A stretch of 64,000 nucleotides of DNA from an uncultured Clostridia bacterium (GTDB lineage: Bacteria; Bacillota; Clostridia; Christensenellales; Pumilibacteraceae), in the NCBI GenBank assembly GCA_947632125.1, contig CANRNV010000001.1, positions 288 through 64,287 on the forward strand, in the 5' to 3' direction. A model generated the notes under the pieces. It made no database searches. It was not told where the DNA came from and was given only the letters and a program-made list of their open reading frames with translations. The translations under genes and the position numbers were made by a program. The first letter of the stretch is position 1. Each line of letters starts with the position of its first letter. This document shows, piece by piece, positions 8,295-16,419 of the stretch.

Positions 8295-8315
8295 AATGTA
8301 AAATTATCGTAAATT
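8295..8315 (-). promoter_or_regulatory. Candidate OmpR-family response-regulator site (copy 2), upstream of the GT4 gene
   Basis: Plus-strand AATGTAAAATTATCGTAAATT matches the 10051-10071 copy at 19/21. Gene-sense reading is AATTTAC-GATA-ATTTTAC, heptamer direct repeats 11 bp apart. It lies 59-79 nt upstream of ATG 8236 and overlaps the kinase stop. Confidence 0.35.
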
Positions 8316-9347
8316 ATTGCTTTTCTCGTTTTTTAAGGTGATGATAAACTCACTGCCCTCGCCGACCTTGCTCTTTACATCGATCTTTCCGCCGATGAGC
8401 GCTATCGCCTTGCTCACTATGGAAAGTCCCAAGCCATGTCCGCCCTCCGAACTGTCCGCCCTGTAAAAACGATCGAAGATGTGCGGCAAAGCCTCCTCGC
8501 TTATTCCTAAGCCCGTGTCCGAAACGCTCACCTTTATCTCGTCGTCCGTCACCGTCATTTTGACCCCGACCGAACCGCCCCTCGGCGTGTACTTGACGGC
8601 GTTGGAGAGAAGATTGCTCCACACGCTCTCCATCAAGGGCTTGTTGCCGTAGTATATGCAATCGTCGAGTTCGACCGAAAGGTTAAGGTCCTTTTGCTCC
8701 CACTTGGAACTCAGCCCGATAAGGCAGTCCCTTATCTGCTCCGAAAGGTCGTATTCGGTCTTGTCGGTGACGATCTCCTCGGCGTCGAGTTTGGTAAGCA
8801 GCAGCATATCGTGCACGAACTGCGCCATTCTCTCGGAGTCCCTGAGTATGATCTGCAAGTACTTATTGCTCTTTTCCTCGGACAAATTGCCGTCGAGAAG
8901 CAGCTTTGCGCAGCCGTTTATCGATGAAATGGGCGTTTTCAACTCGTGCGAGAAGCCGTCGACGATGCCGTTGCGCAACTCGCGCACGCTCCTTATCTCG
9001 CCCACCATCTTGTTGAAGTTGTTGTACACGTCCCGAAATATGGGGTCGTCGTCCTCGATGCGGGCAGTCAGATCGCCGTTTGCCACCCTGTTTATGCCGT
9101 TGCTGAGCGTGTCGATGTGCTTTGCCGCTCGCTTATTGACAAGGTACACAAACGGGACGGCAAACACAGTCGCCACGGGCAAAATGATAAGCGCCCAATA
9201 CGCGTCCGACTTGGTCGTTACGCTTAGCATGGTGAGCAGTACCACCACCGCCACGAAAAACAGCACCATGCCCACGATAATGGTCACCGACGCCGTTATG
9301 AGCGACCTTAGTATGCTCTTGCTTTTTACTTTCTTTTCCTTACTCAT
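8304..9347 (-). CDS. Sensor histidine kinase (HAMP-HisKA-HATPase)
   Basis: 347 aa with two N-terminal TM segments, H-box HELKTPISS, and G-boxes SDTGLGI and GGHGLGLSI. It overlaps the regulator gene stop by 8 nt. Confidence 0.92.
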   Translation of the reverse strand: MSKEKKVKSKSILRSLITASVTIIVGMVLFFVAVVVLLTMLSVTTKSDAYWALIILPVATVFAVPFVYLVNKRAAKHIDTLSNGINRVANGDLTARIEDDDPIFRDVYNNFNKMVGEIRSVRELRNGIVDGFSHELKTPISSINGCAKLLLDGNLSEEKSNKYLQIILRDSERMAQFVHDMLLLTKLDAEEIVTDKTEYDLSEQIRDCLIGLSSKWEQKDLNLSVELDDCIYYGNKPLMESVWSNLLSNAVKYTPRGGSVGVKMTVTDDEIKVSVSDTGLGISEEALPHIFDRFYRADSSEGGHGLGLSIVSKAIALIGGKIDVKSKVGEGSEFIITLKNEKSNNLR

Positions 9348-10011
9348 TTATAACCGCCTTATAGCCGAGCCCCTTTATTGTGATGATCTCGAACTCGGTC
9401 ACCTTGCTCAGCTTGTTGCGCAAAAGATTGATATGCGTACGCAAGGTCGTGTCGTCGCTCTTGCTGTCGAAGCCCCACACCCGCTCCATCAACTTTGACT
9501 TAGTGAAAAGCTGGTTGGGATACGAAAGCAACAAATACATAAGGTCGAACTGCTTGCCCACAAGTTCGATCGGTTCGCCGTTGTACTCCACCTCGTAGGA
9601 CGTGGCGTTCATCGTAAACCCGCCTATCTTTATCTTTTGCTCGGCGTTTATCTTGTAGCGACGTAGAAGAGCCTTGATCCTAAGCATCATCTCATCGAGG
9701 TTGACGGGTTTGGTCATATAATCGTCCACACCGAGGGAAAATCCCGTGTTCTTGGACGAAAAGTCGTGCTTTGCCGTCATCATAAGTATGGGGACATTCT
9801 CATAGAGTTCCCTAAGCCTTTTGGTAAACTCGAACCCGTCCATTTTGGGCATCATTATGTCGACGATCGCAAGATCCACCTTGCGCTTATTCACGATTTC
9901 GAGCGCTTCCTCGCCATTGCGTGCGGAAAGGACGTTGTAGCTTTGCGAAACTTTCTCGCAAAGTATCGTCCTCAAATTTTCGTCGTCGTCAACTATCAAG
10001 ACAGTAATCAT
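9340..10011 (-). CDS. OmpR/PhoB-family response regulator
   Basis: 223 aa. Receiver domain (ILIVDDDENL..., DLAIVDIMMPKMDG) plus a C-terminal winged-helix domain (LTKSKLMERVWG...). Confidence 0.93.
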   Translation of the reverse strand: MITVLIVDDDENLRTILCEKVSQSYNVLSARNGEEALEIVNKRKVDLAIVDIMMPKMDGFEFTKRLRELYENVPILMMTAKHDFSSKNTGFSLGVDDYMTKPVNLDEMMLRIKALLRRYKINAEQKIKIGGFTMNATSYEVEYNGEPIELVGKQFDLMYLLLSYPNQLFTKSKLMERVWGFDSKSDDTTLRTHINLLRNKLSKVTEFEIITIKGLGYKAVINE

Positions 10012-10037
10012 CGGATAAAAAACTCCTCTATCTACCT

Positions 10038-10071
10038 ATTTTACATTACAAATGTAAAATCATCGTAAAAT
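10038..10071 (-). promoter_or_regulatory. Candidate response-regulator site (copy 1) and palindrome upstream of the two-component operon
   Basis: Plus strand has GTAAAAT at 10054-10060 and 10065-10071, 11 bp apart, plus an inverted ATTTTAC at 10038-10044. The site lies 27-60 nt upstream of ATG 10011. Confidence 0.35.
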
Positions 10072-10089
10072 TTCGCACCGTTTTTTTTG

Positions 10090-10118
10090 TTGCTTTTTTG
10101 CTTTGAGTGTGATATAAT
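10090..10118 (+). promoter_or_regulatory. Sigma-A-type promoter of galE
   Basis: TTGCTT (10090-10095), 17-nt spacer, TATAAT (10113-10118), with an upstream TGa extended -10. Confidence 0.6.
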
Positions 10119-10142
10119 TAATCGTCTTACGGAGGCACGAAA

Positions 10143-11159
10143 ATGAGAATCATCGTTACGGGCGGAGCCGGCTTTATCGGCAGTCACACCGCCGTCGAAC
10201 TGCTTGACAAGGGACACGAGGCGATAATAATCGACAACCTGTCCAATTCAAGCGAAAAAGCCATCGACCGCATCGAAAAGATCACCGGAAAAAAGGTCCG
10301 CTTTTACAAGGAGGACCTATGCAATAAGGACGGTCTGCTCTCGATTTTCGAACGGGAAAAGGCGGACTGCGTCATTCACTTTGCGGGGCTCAAAGCCGTG
10401 GGGGAATCGGTCAAACTGCCGTACAAATACTACTACAACAACATCGTCGGCACCTTGAACCTTATCGACGTAATGAATAAATGCGGGGTAAAGAACATTA
10501 TTTTCTCATCGTCGGCGACGGTATACGGCACGCCGAGCGTCGTCCCCATCACCGAAGAGTGTCCCAAAGGAATTTGCACCAATCCGTACGGACAGACAAA
10601 GTCGATGATAGAGCAGATCCTCACCGACGTTCAAAAGGCGGACCGCAGCTTTAATGTCGTGCTGCTACGCTACTTCAATCCCATAGGCGCACATCCGAGC
10701 GGGCTCATCGGGGAAAACCCCAATGGGATACCCAACAACCTTATGCCGTTTATCACCCAAGTGGCGATCGGTCGTCTGAGCGAACTCGGTGTGTTCGGCA
10801 ACGACTACGACACGCCCGACGGAACGGGAGTAAGGGATTACATTCACGTAATGGACCTCGCCTCCGCTCACGTCCACGCGCTTAAAAAGATAGCGGACGG
10901 GTCGGGAATTTCGATATACAACCTCGGCACGGGCAAGGGTTACAGCGTCCTCGAAGTGATAAAAAGCTTCGAGCAAGCTACGGGCATCAAGATCCCCTAC
11001 TCTTTCCGTCCGAGGCGCGAGGGCGACATCGCCACGTGCTACGCTTCGGCAAAAAAGGCAAAGGAAGAACTCGGTTGGGAGGCAAAGTACGACATTATCG
11101 ATATGTGTCGGGATTCGTGGAATTTCCAACGCCTCAATCCCAATGGCTACGACGACTGA
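10143..11159 (+). CDS. galE: UDP-glucose 4-epimerase
   Basis: 338 aa. Rossmann motif GGAGFIGSH and catalytic YGQTK (YxxxK). Full-length similarity to GalE as I recall it. Confidence 0.95.
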   Translation: MRIIVTGGAGFIGSHTAVELLDKGHEAIIIDNLSNSSEKAIDRIEKITGKKVRFYKEDLCNKDGLLSIFEREKADCVIHFAGLKAVGESVKLPYKYYYNNIVGTLNLIDVMNKCGVKNIIFSSSATVYGTPSVVPITEECPKGICTNPYGQTKSMIEQILTDVQKADRSFNVVLLRYFNPIGAHPSGLIGENPNGIPNNLMPFITQVAIGRLSELGVFGNDYDTPDGTGVRDYIHVMDLASAHVHALKKIADGSGISIYNLGTGKGYSVLEVIKSFEQATGIKIPYSFRPRREGDIATCYASAKKAKEELGWEAKYDIIDMCRDSWNFQRLNPNGYDD

Positions 11160-11163
11160 AACG

Positions 11164-11247
11164 CCGTTTTATCCGAAAATACGACCTTAAATTATCCGTA
11201 AAACAAAGCGATTTTTCCGTAATAAAATCCGTTTTATCCGAAAATAC
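11164..11247. repeat. Direct repeats in the galE 3' region
   Basis: CCGTTTTATCCGAAAATAC occurs identically at 11164-11182 and 11229-11247. Related TTATCCGTAAAAC and TTTTCCGTAATAAAA units lie between the two copies. Confidence 0.9.
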
Positions 11248-11250
11248 AAA

Positions 11251-11280
11251 AGCCCGCCCTGCGTCAGCGCAAGGTAGGCT
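11251..11280. terminator. Bidirectional rho-independent terminator between galE and the large lipoprotein gene
   Basis: AGCCCGCCCTGCG-tca-GCGCAAGGTAGGCT imperfect stem, flanked by an A-run upstream and a T-run downstream. Confidence 0.7.
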
Positions 11281-11364
11281 TTTTCTTTACGTCATCCGTC
11301 AGGCTCCGTCCGTCGCGCGGTTGTCCGCAGAAACGGAGCGGAGCTCGGATCGTTTGCGTTTCGG

Positions 11365-14300
11365 TTAATCTGCGGCATTTTCCGCGAGATAATTCGCAAG
11401 CGCCGTTTCATACTTGGCGAGAGAGCTTGCAAACAATCTCAGGTCGGCGTCTTCTTCCCAAATCGGTTCGGCTTGCGAGAACGAAAGCACTTTTCTGAGC
11501 AAGAAGCGGAGCCCTTGCAACTTTTCGAGCAATTGTTCGTCAGCGTCCGCGCCGAACTTTGTGAAATCCACTTGCTCTTTTCCGTCGACAACGCTCGTGC
11601 ATTTCTCGATCCGGGTTTTGAAGTTGACGATTTCGTTCTTGATGACAACTCTGAATTTCGTTACGATCTCCGTTGCCTTTGCGCCTAACATGAACGAACT
11701 TTTGGTTGCATCGAGCGCGGAGGCCTTGCCCCGATATTCCTCACTCAGATCTGCCGGTTTCAAATCGTTCACCCAATCGCCCCAAGGCTGTTTTACGCCA
11801 TTGGCGTTAGTTAAAAAATCGTAGCCGGCGCTCCAAGTGAAAGCCGAAGCGAGATCTTTCATAAGGGCGATAAGGGCGTCAGTCGTCGCATTTTCGTCGG
11901 AAAATCCATCCAGCTTGGCGACGATCTCTTCATACGCTTTCGTGAGTTCGTCAACGTTTTTGGTGTAGACAAGTTTGACAAACTCTTGATATCCCGTGCC
12001 TGCCTTTAATTCGTCGAAAAGTTTATCGTATACGGGTTTGAAATCGTTTACGATTCGGGCGAGCCCTTCGGTCCAACCGTCGCGATCGTTCGCCGCTTCG
12101 AATGTCGTTGTTGCGGCGGCGATTGCGGCTTTCAGATCATCTGCCGTGTTCTTCTCACGCGCCTTGCGCTTTTCTATGTAGCTTGTAAGAGTGTCGCCGA
12201 GCGCTTCTTTCATGGCGTCGTTGTCCTTGATTGCGGGGACATTTATGCCCGAAACGGTGGCTGCATTGTCGTACAGGGCGTTGAGTGCGTCCCATGCGGC
12301 GTCGTCCGCCTCGTCGAGAGCTTCGAATTTTGTCATGAACTCCTCTACTCTGTCATGATAGAGCTTTGCCGTGAGAAGAATAACGGTGTATTCGACCTCG
12401 TCGTACTTCTTTACGGCAAGATAGGGATTGACAGACATGAGCGCCTTTACCGTTTCATCTTGCCCATTGATCTCATTTTGCAAAGCGGTGACTTCCTCAA
12501 CGTATTTGCCGTATCCATCGTCGGTTATGTCCATATTGTCGATGTAAGAAAGCAACCTTTCGGCATATTCCGTCGCCTTTTCGTTTGCCGCTTTAAGCAC
12601 ATTGACAGCCTTGTCGGTTACGAGCGCTTCGCTCTCCTCCGCCGTAAGTTCATCCTTGTAGGTGGCGGTAAAGCCTATGAAACGCACGGATTCCCCATCC
12701 ATGGACGTAGCGGGAACGGCATAGAGCGCAAGGTCGAGCATGGGCTTACTTTCGTTGTTCGTTCCGAGGAAGAATTCCGCGCCCGTGATATCTCCGCCGA
12801 GCCAACCTCTGATGACCATGTCAGCCAACATTGCCAAGCTTTCGTCAAGACCCGCCGTAGCCTTTTGAAGCAGCGAATCGATAAGACCGTTGTATGCTGC
12901 GGCAATAACTTTGACTGCGGGCTCGCCGAGCGTGAACTTAACGCCGCGCTCCGTCACCGTCAACATAAAGGGAAGCAGACTGAACTGAGGCTGTGTTTCG
13001 CTCGGATCGGACGGATCGGGTTCGGTTGTGTCGCCCGGTTCCGTCGGATCGGGTTCGGTTGTGTCACCCGTAGGCGTATCGGGTTCGGTCACGCCGCCCG
13101 ACGGATCGGACGGCTGCGCGGCGAGTTCTTTAAGGTCGATTTCCGTCACGCCCATGGGAAGTCCTTGGTCATCGTTGAAAGCAAGGGTGAGTATTCCGTC
13201 GCCATAGAAGATGTCGAGGCTCGTAAGTTTTTCGTTGATGTAGGGCGGAAGATCGGGGATCATACTGCCGAACGCTCCGAGCATTTGGAAAAGACCTGCT
13301 TCGGAAGCGGGAGTAAGGTCGAGGCGAATGGAAGCTTTCGCAAGTCCGAAATAGTCGTTCGACCACAGAGCACCCAAGTTAAGACGAAGTTGCAGATCGC
13401 CCGTAAACGGAGATGTGAACGCTCCGCCGAAAAGCTTGGTATCGATAGAAATCGCTATCTTTTCGCCCGCAGTGACGTTTTCGCCGGGAACTGCCTTGAC
13501 GGAAATCGAGGCTTCCGTTATCTTGTCGAGCCCCGTTAAATCGGCTTTGAGTTCGGTAAACGAGAAGCCGAGCAACGATTGGATATAGCCGTGCGTATCG
13601 CCGAGTTTATTTGCGACCGAGTCGATCATTTCGCCGTAGCGGGTGTTGATCTCTTCGAGTGCGGCGGGCTTGGACGAAAGTGTATAGCCCGTTTCGGTAG
13701 TTTGAACATCGAGGTTATTTTCGAGCAACTCACGAATATTGTCGAGCGAGAAGTCGCCGACCTCGGATATTATATCGCTGAGATCCGCCGTGTAGGTAAA
13801 GAGGTAGTTATCATTGCCGCCTATACGGTTGTTGAGCATTACAAAGATCAAATCCTCGCCCAAGTAGCGCAATGTCAAAGTGTTTACCTTGTCCGACATA
13901 AACGCGAACGGAGTGAGATCGATGTCGTAGCGGAAAGTAAAGCCCTGTGCGAGCGACCCGCCGCTGAGTTCCTTTTGGTTGAGTTTAAGCGTGAACTGCC
14001 CGTCCGTCGTCAAAGTTTGCGCCCCGATCTCGACCGACAAGGACGTGGGAACGACGATTGTGTCTTTCTCTTCGAAAGTGTTGCCAAACGCAGCGGCAAG
14101 TTGCATTATGGGCGAAGAATCTCCCTCATCGGGCAATACTTCGGACGGCGTCGAACCTATCTTGTCGTTGAAGTCCTTGGCGTCGGGAATGGCGACAGTG
14201 CCGTTGACGTTCGAGTAGGTGCAGGTGATGGACTGCTCGACGTTCATGGAGAAGATCTTCTTGGCATCATATGTGCAATGCGAAGTGTATGAAATCGGCG

Positions 14301-14997
14301 TCCAATCCTTTTTGAGCGTAAGCGTGATGTCTACGTCCGAAAAAGCGGGAAGATTGTCGAGCGAGCCGAACGCCTTGGATTGAATTCGGAGATTTGCCGT
14401 GGCGGACTCCGACGCAATTCCGTCCTCTACGGACAGATCGCCGGCAAGACGCAGATAGTATGTAAGTGTGTCGCCCTCTTCCTTGCGGAGTTCGGCATAG
14501 CGCACCGTCTTGGGATTGACGATGAACCCGCCGAGGCTGACCTCATCGACCGTAAGACCGTAGACCGCAATGTAGTCGTCCTTTTCGGCGACTTTCATCT
14601 CGCCGTCGAAGCTGTTGCGATAGACGACCTTGCCGTTCTTGGAAAAAGCCTGGTGCTTCATCTTTACAAGCACGGAATCCGAACTTGCCTGGTTTAAGTA
14701 GTCGTCCCCGCTCTTGTATGTGACGCTGTGGATATCCTGTTTGTATCCCGCAAAGTCGGCAACGGCTTCACCCTCCGAAGTGATGACATAGCTTTTGAGT
14801 TCGCTTTGCTTTTGCAAAAACGCGTATATCACATTTTCGGGTGTGAGCTCTTGCGGAGCCTTGCTTGTGACGAGCGTAGTCGATTTTCCGCTCTCTGCCT
14901 TAGGTAGCTCCGAGCCGCCGCTGCACGCGGTAAAAAGTACCGCCGTAAAAGCGAGCAAGCACGAAAGGAGCAACCCTATTGTTCTTAATTTTTTCAT
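11365..14997 (-). CDS. Very large lipoprotein of unknown function (about 1210 aa)
   Basis: Signal peptide with lipobox (LLAFTAVLFTAC/SGG) from ATG 14997, preceded by GGAGG. It has an internal Pro/Asp/Thr/Glu-rich linker and a helical Ala/Glu/Lys/Asp-rich C-terminal third. I recognise no domain. Confidence 0.8.
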   Translation of the reverse strand: MKKLRTIGLLLSCLLAFTAVLFTACSGGSELPKAESGKSTTLVTSKAPQELTPENVIYAFLQKQSELKSYVITSEGEAVADFAGYKQDIHSVTYKSGDDYLNQASSDSVLVKMKHQAFSKNGKVVYRNSFDGEMKVAEKDDYIAVYGLTVDEVSLGGFIVNPKTVRYAELRKEEGDTLTYYLRLAGDLSVEDGIASESATANLRIQSKAFGSLDNLPAFSDVDITLTLKKDWTPISYTSHCTYDAKKIFSMNVEQSITCTYSNVNGTVAIPDAKDFNDKIGSTPSEVLPDEGDSSPIMQLAAAFGNTFEEKDTIVVPTSLSVEIGAQTLTTDGQFTLKLNQKELSGGSLAQGFTFRYDIDLTPFAFMSDKVNTLTLRYLGEDLIFVMLNNRIGGNDNYLFTYTADLSDIISEVGDFSLDNIRELLENNLDVQTTETGYTLSSKPAALEEINTRYGEMIDSVANKLGDTHGYIQSLLGFSFTELKADLTGLDKITEASISVKAVPGENVTAGEKIAISIDTKLFGGAFTSPFTGDLQLRLNLGALWSNDYFGLAKASIRLDLTPASEAGLFQMLGAFGSMIPDLPPYINEKLTSLDIFYGDGILTLAFNDDQGLPMGVTEIDLKELAAQPSDPSGGVTEPDTPTGDTTEPDPTEPGDTTEPDPSDPSETQPQFSLLPFMLTVTERGVKFTLGEPAVKVIAAAYNGLIDSLLQKATAGLDESLAMLADMVIRGWLGGDITGAEFFLGTNNESKPMLDLALYAVPATSMDGESVRFIGFTATYKDELTAEESEALVTDKAVNVLKAANEKATEYAERLLSYIDNMDITDDGYGKYVEEVTALQNEINGQDETVKALMSVNPYLAVKKYDEVEYTVILLTAKLYHDRVEEFMTKFEALDEADDAAWDALNALYDNAATVSGINVPAIKDNDAMKEALGDTLTSYIEKRKAREKNTADDLKAAIAAATTTFEAANDRDGWTEGLARIVNDFKPVYDKLFDELKAGTGYQEFVKLVYTKNVDELTKAYEEIVAKLDGFSDENATTDALIALMKDLASAFTWSAGYDFLTNANGVKQPWGDWVNDLKPADLSEEYRGKASALDATKSSFMLGAKATEIVTKFRVVIKNEIVNFKTRIEKCTSVVDGKEQVDFTKFGADADEQLLEKLQGLRFLLRKVLSFSQAEPIWEEDADLRLFASSLAKYETALANYLAENAAD
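13012..13077. repeat. Imperfect 33-bp tandem repeat inside the lipoprotein gene
   Basis: CGGATCGGGTTCGGTTGTGTC recurs with a 33-bp period (13012 and 13045), with a third partial copy. It encodes the (T/P)EPGDTTEPDP linker. Confidence 0.85.
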
Positions 14998-15065
14998 GTG
15001 TCCTCCTGACACGTACAACAAAAGCGAACAAACATTCGTGTACGTTTTCATTTATTAACTTCACG

Positions 15066-15094
15066 AATATAAGCTTTTACCGATGATTTGTCAA
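15066..15094 (-). promoter_or_regulatory. Sigma-A-type promoter of the large lipoprotein gene
   Basis: Minus strand TTGACA (15094-15089), 17-nt spacer, TATATT (15071-15066). This supports ATG 14997 over the track start 15051. Confidence 0.6.
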
Positions 15095-15165
15095 GCGGTA
15101 AAAAGCGTCGAAAAAAAATAAAATAAAATTTCATAAACGAACGATTGTTTGCAAAAAACAAAAAA

Positions 15166-15195
15166 ACGACCGCAAGATCTCTTGCTTTCGGTCGT
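15166..15195 (-). terminator. Rho-independent terminator after the M23 peptidase gene
   Basis: ACGACCG...CGGTCGT outer stem with an inner CAAGA-tct-CTTG stem. A T-run follows on the minus strand (GGTCGTTTTTTTGTTTTTT). Confidence 0.7.
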
Positions 15196-15217
15196 CTTTT
15201 TATTGAAAATCCTGCTC

Positions 15218-15805
15218 TTATTTATCCGCGCCCTCGGGTAAATACTCCAACGGGCTGAGGTATTCTCCGTCCTTTTTCATTTCAAGGTGCAAATGCGAGC
15301 CCTCTTTCTTTTCGGTAGCCATGGTAAGATCCACCGTGCCGAGTTTGTCGCCCGCATTTACGGTAGCGCCCTCTTCGACGTTCACCTCGGCGGACAGCGA
15401 CTTATAGATGGCGGTTATGCCGTCGATCTGTTCGATGGTGATGACGGTGCCCTCCAAAGTGGTGTTTTCGATACTAAGCACCTTTCCGTCCATTATCGCA
15501 ACGACGTCCGTGCCCTTTTCGGCTAAAAAGTCCACGCCGTTATGGGTGCGCCACTGTTTGAGCGTTTGATTGTAAACAAGTTTATCCGAAAAGTCTTTGC
15601 CCAAAGTGTATTCGCTTAGCGGCATGACGTACTGCTTGGTTTGATCGCCGCTCGGCGGAAGAATGGTTCCTCCGACGTCCTCGGTACCCGTGAGCGTTAC
15701 GCACAACGTGATGATCACGGCGCAAGCGATAAGGGCAAGTCCTATGATAAGCGCAAGCAAACTTTTTCTGTTTTTCTTTTCCTTGGTCGTAGTATAAGTT
15801 TTCAT
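15218..15805 (-). CDS. Membrane-anchored M23/LytM family metallopeptidase
   Basis: 195 aa with an N-terminal TM segment (LLALIIGLALIACAVIITL). HxxxD (HNGVD) and HxH (HLHLE) zinc motifs are intact. The architecture resembles SpoIIQ, but that is speculative. Confidence 0.8.
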   Translation of the reverse strand: MKTYTTTKEKKNRKSLLALIIGLALIACAVIITLCVTLTGTEDVGGTILPPSGDQTKQYVMPLSEYTLGKDFSDKLVYNQTLKQWRTHNGVDFLAEKGTDVVAIMDGKVLSIENTTLEGTVITIEQIDGITAIYKSLSAEVNVEEGATVNAGDKLGTVDLTMATEKKEGSHLHLEMKKDGEYLSPLEYLPEGADK

Positions 15806-15920
15806 ATTAACCTCCTGACAAGACGAATTATTGACACATTGCTTCTTTTTATACGTCTGAATCGAATTTTTTTGTTTTTTACGATCGCCGCTTCCGTTTT
15901 TGTCCCAATCGGCAGCTGCC

Positions 15921-16292
15921 TCAGTAGCTGCCGTAGATGAGCGGCGTGCCCAGCGTCACTCCCCTCTCGCTTACGGCGATCATAAGATTGACCTTACATC
16001 CGTGAACATCGACGGCTCTGCCAAGCATACACGAGTAGGCGTAGATAATATCTATGTCGCCCGCCCTTTCACGGAAGAGTTCCTTTGCTTTAAGGTTTTT
16101 TATTATATCCTCGGCGGTGTCCATATCCCCTACGACGTCGTACCTTTGAGGGTCTGTCGAAAAGTCGACGGAATGAGTATCGTACTTCCCCACGCCGGGC
16201 GTCCCCGCGTAGCCGCAATTATCAAGACCGCCGTTAAGTTTAAGCCCGACCGCCAAACACAATACTCCGAGTAAGACCAAAAATCTCTTCAT
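15921..16292 (-). CDS. Small secreted or lipid-anchored hypothetical protein
   Basis: 123 aa with an N-terminal signal-like segment MKRFLVLLGVLCLAVG. I recognise no family. Confidence 0.55.
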   Translation of the reverse strand: MKRFLVLLGVLCLAVGLKLNGGLDNCGYAGTPGVGKYDTHSVDFSTDPQRYDVVGDMDTAEDIIKNLKAKELFRERAGDIDIIYAYSCMLGRAVDVHGCKVNLMIAVSERGVTLGTPLIYGSY

Positions 16293-16344
16293 ACCGAAAG
16301 ATTATATCCGAATTTGCATATTTGATACCTTACGACAAAAAAAA

Positions 16345-16373
16345 GAGCCGTCCGCAACAAGGTGCGACGACCC
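16345..16373 (-). terminator. Rho-independent terminator after the P-type ATPase gene
   Basis: Minus strand GGGTCGTCGCA-ccttgt-TGCGGACGGCTC (one bulge) followed by T8. Confidence 0.6.
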
Positions 16374-16419
16374 TTATTTCCTTATTATTGTTTCCTTATT
16401 GACGGTTCTTTTTTCGGTG

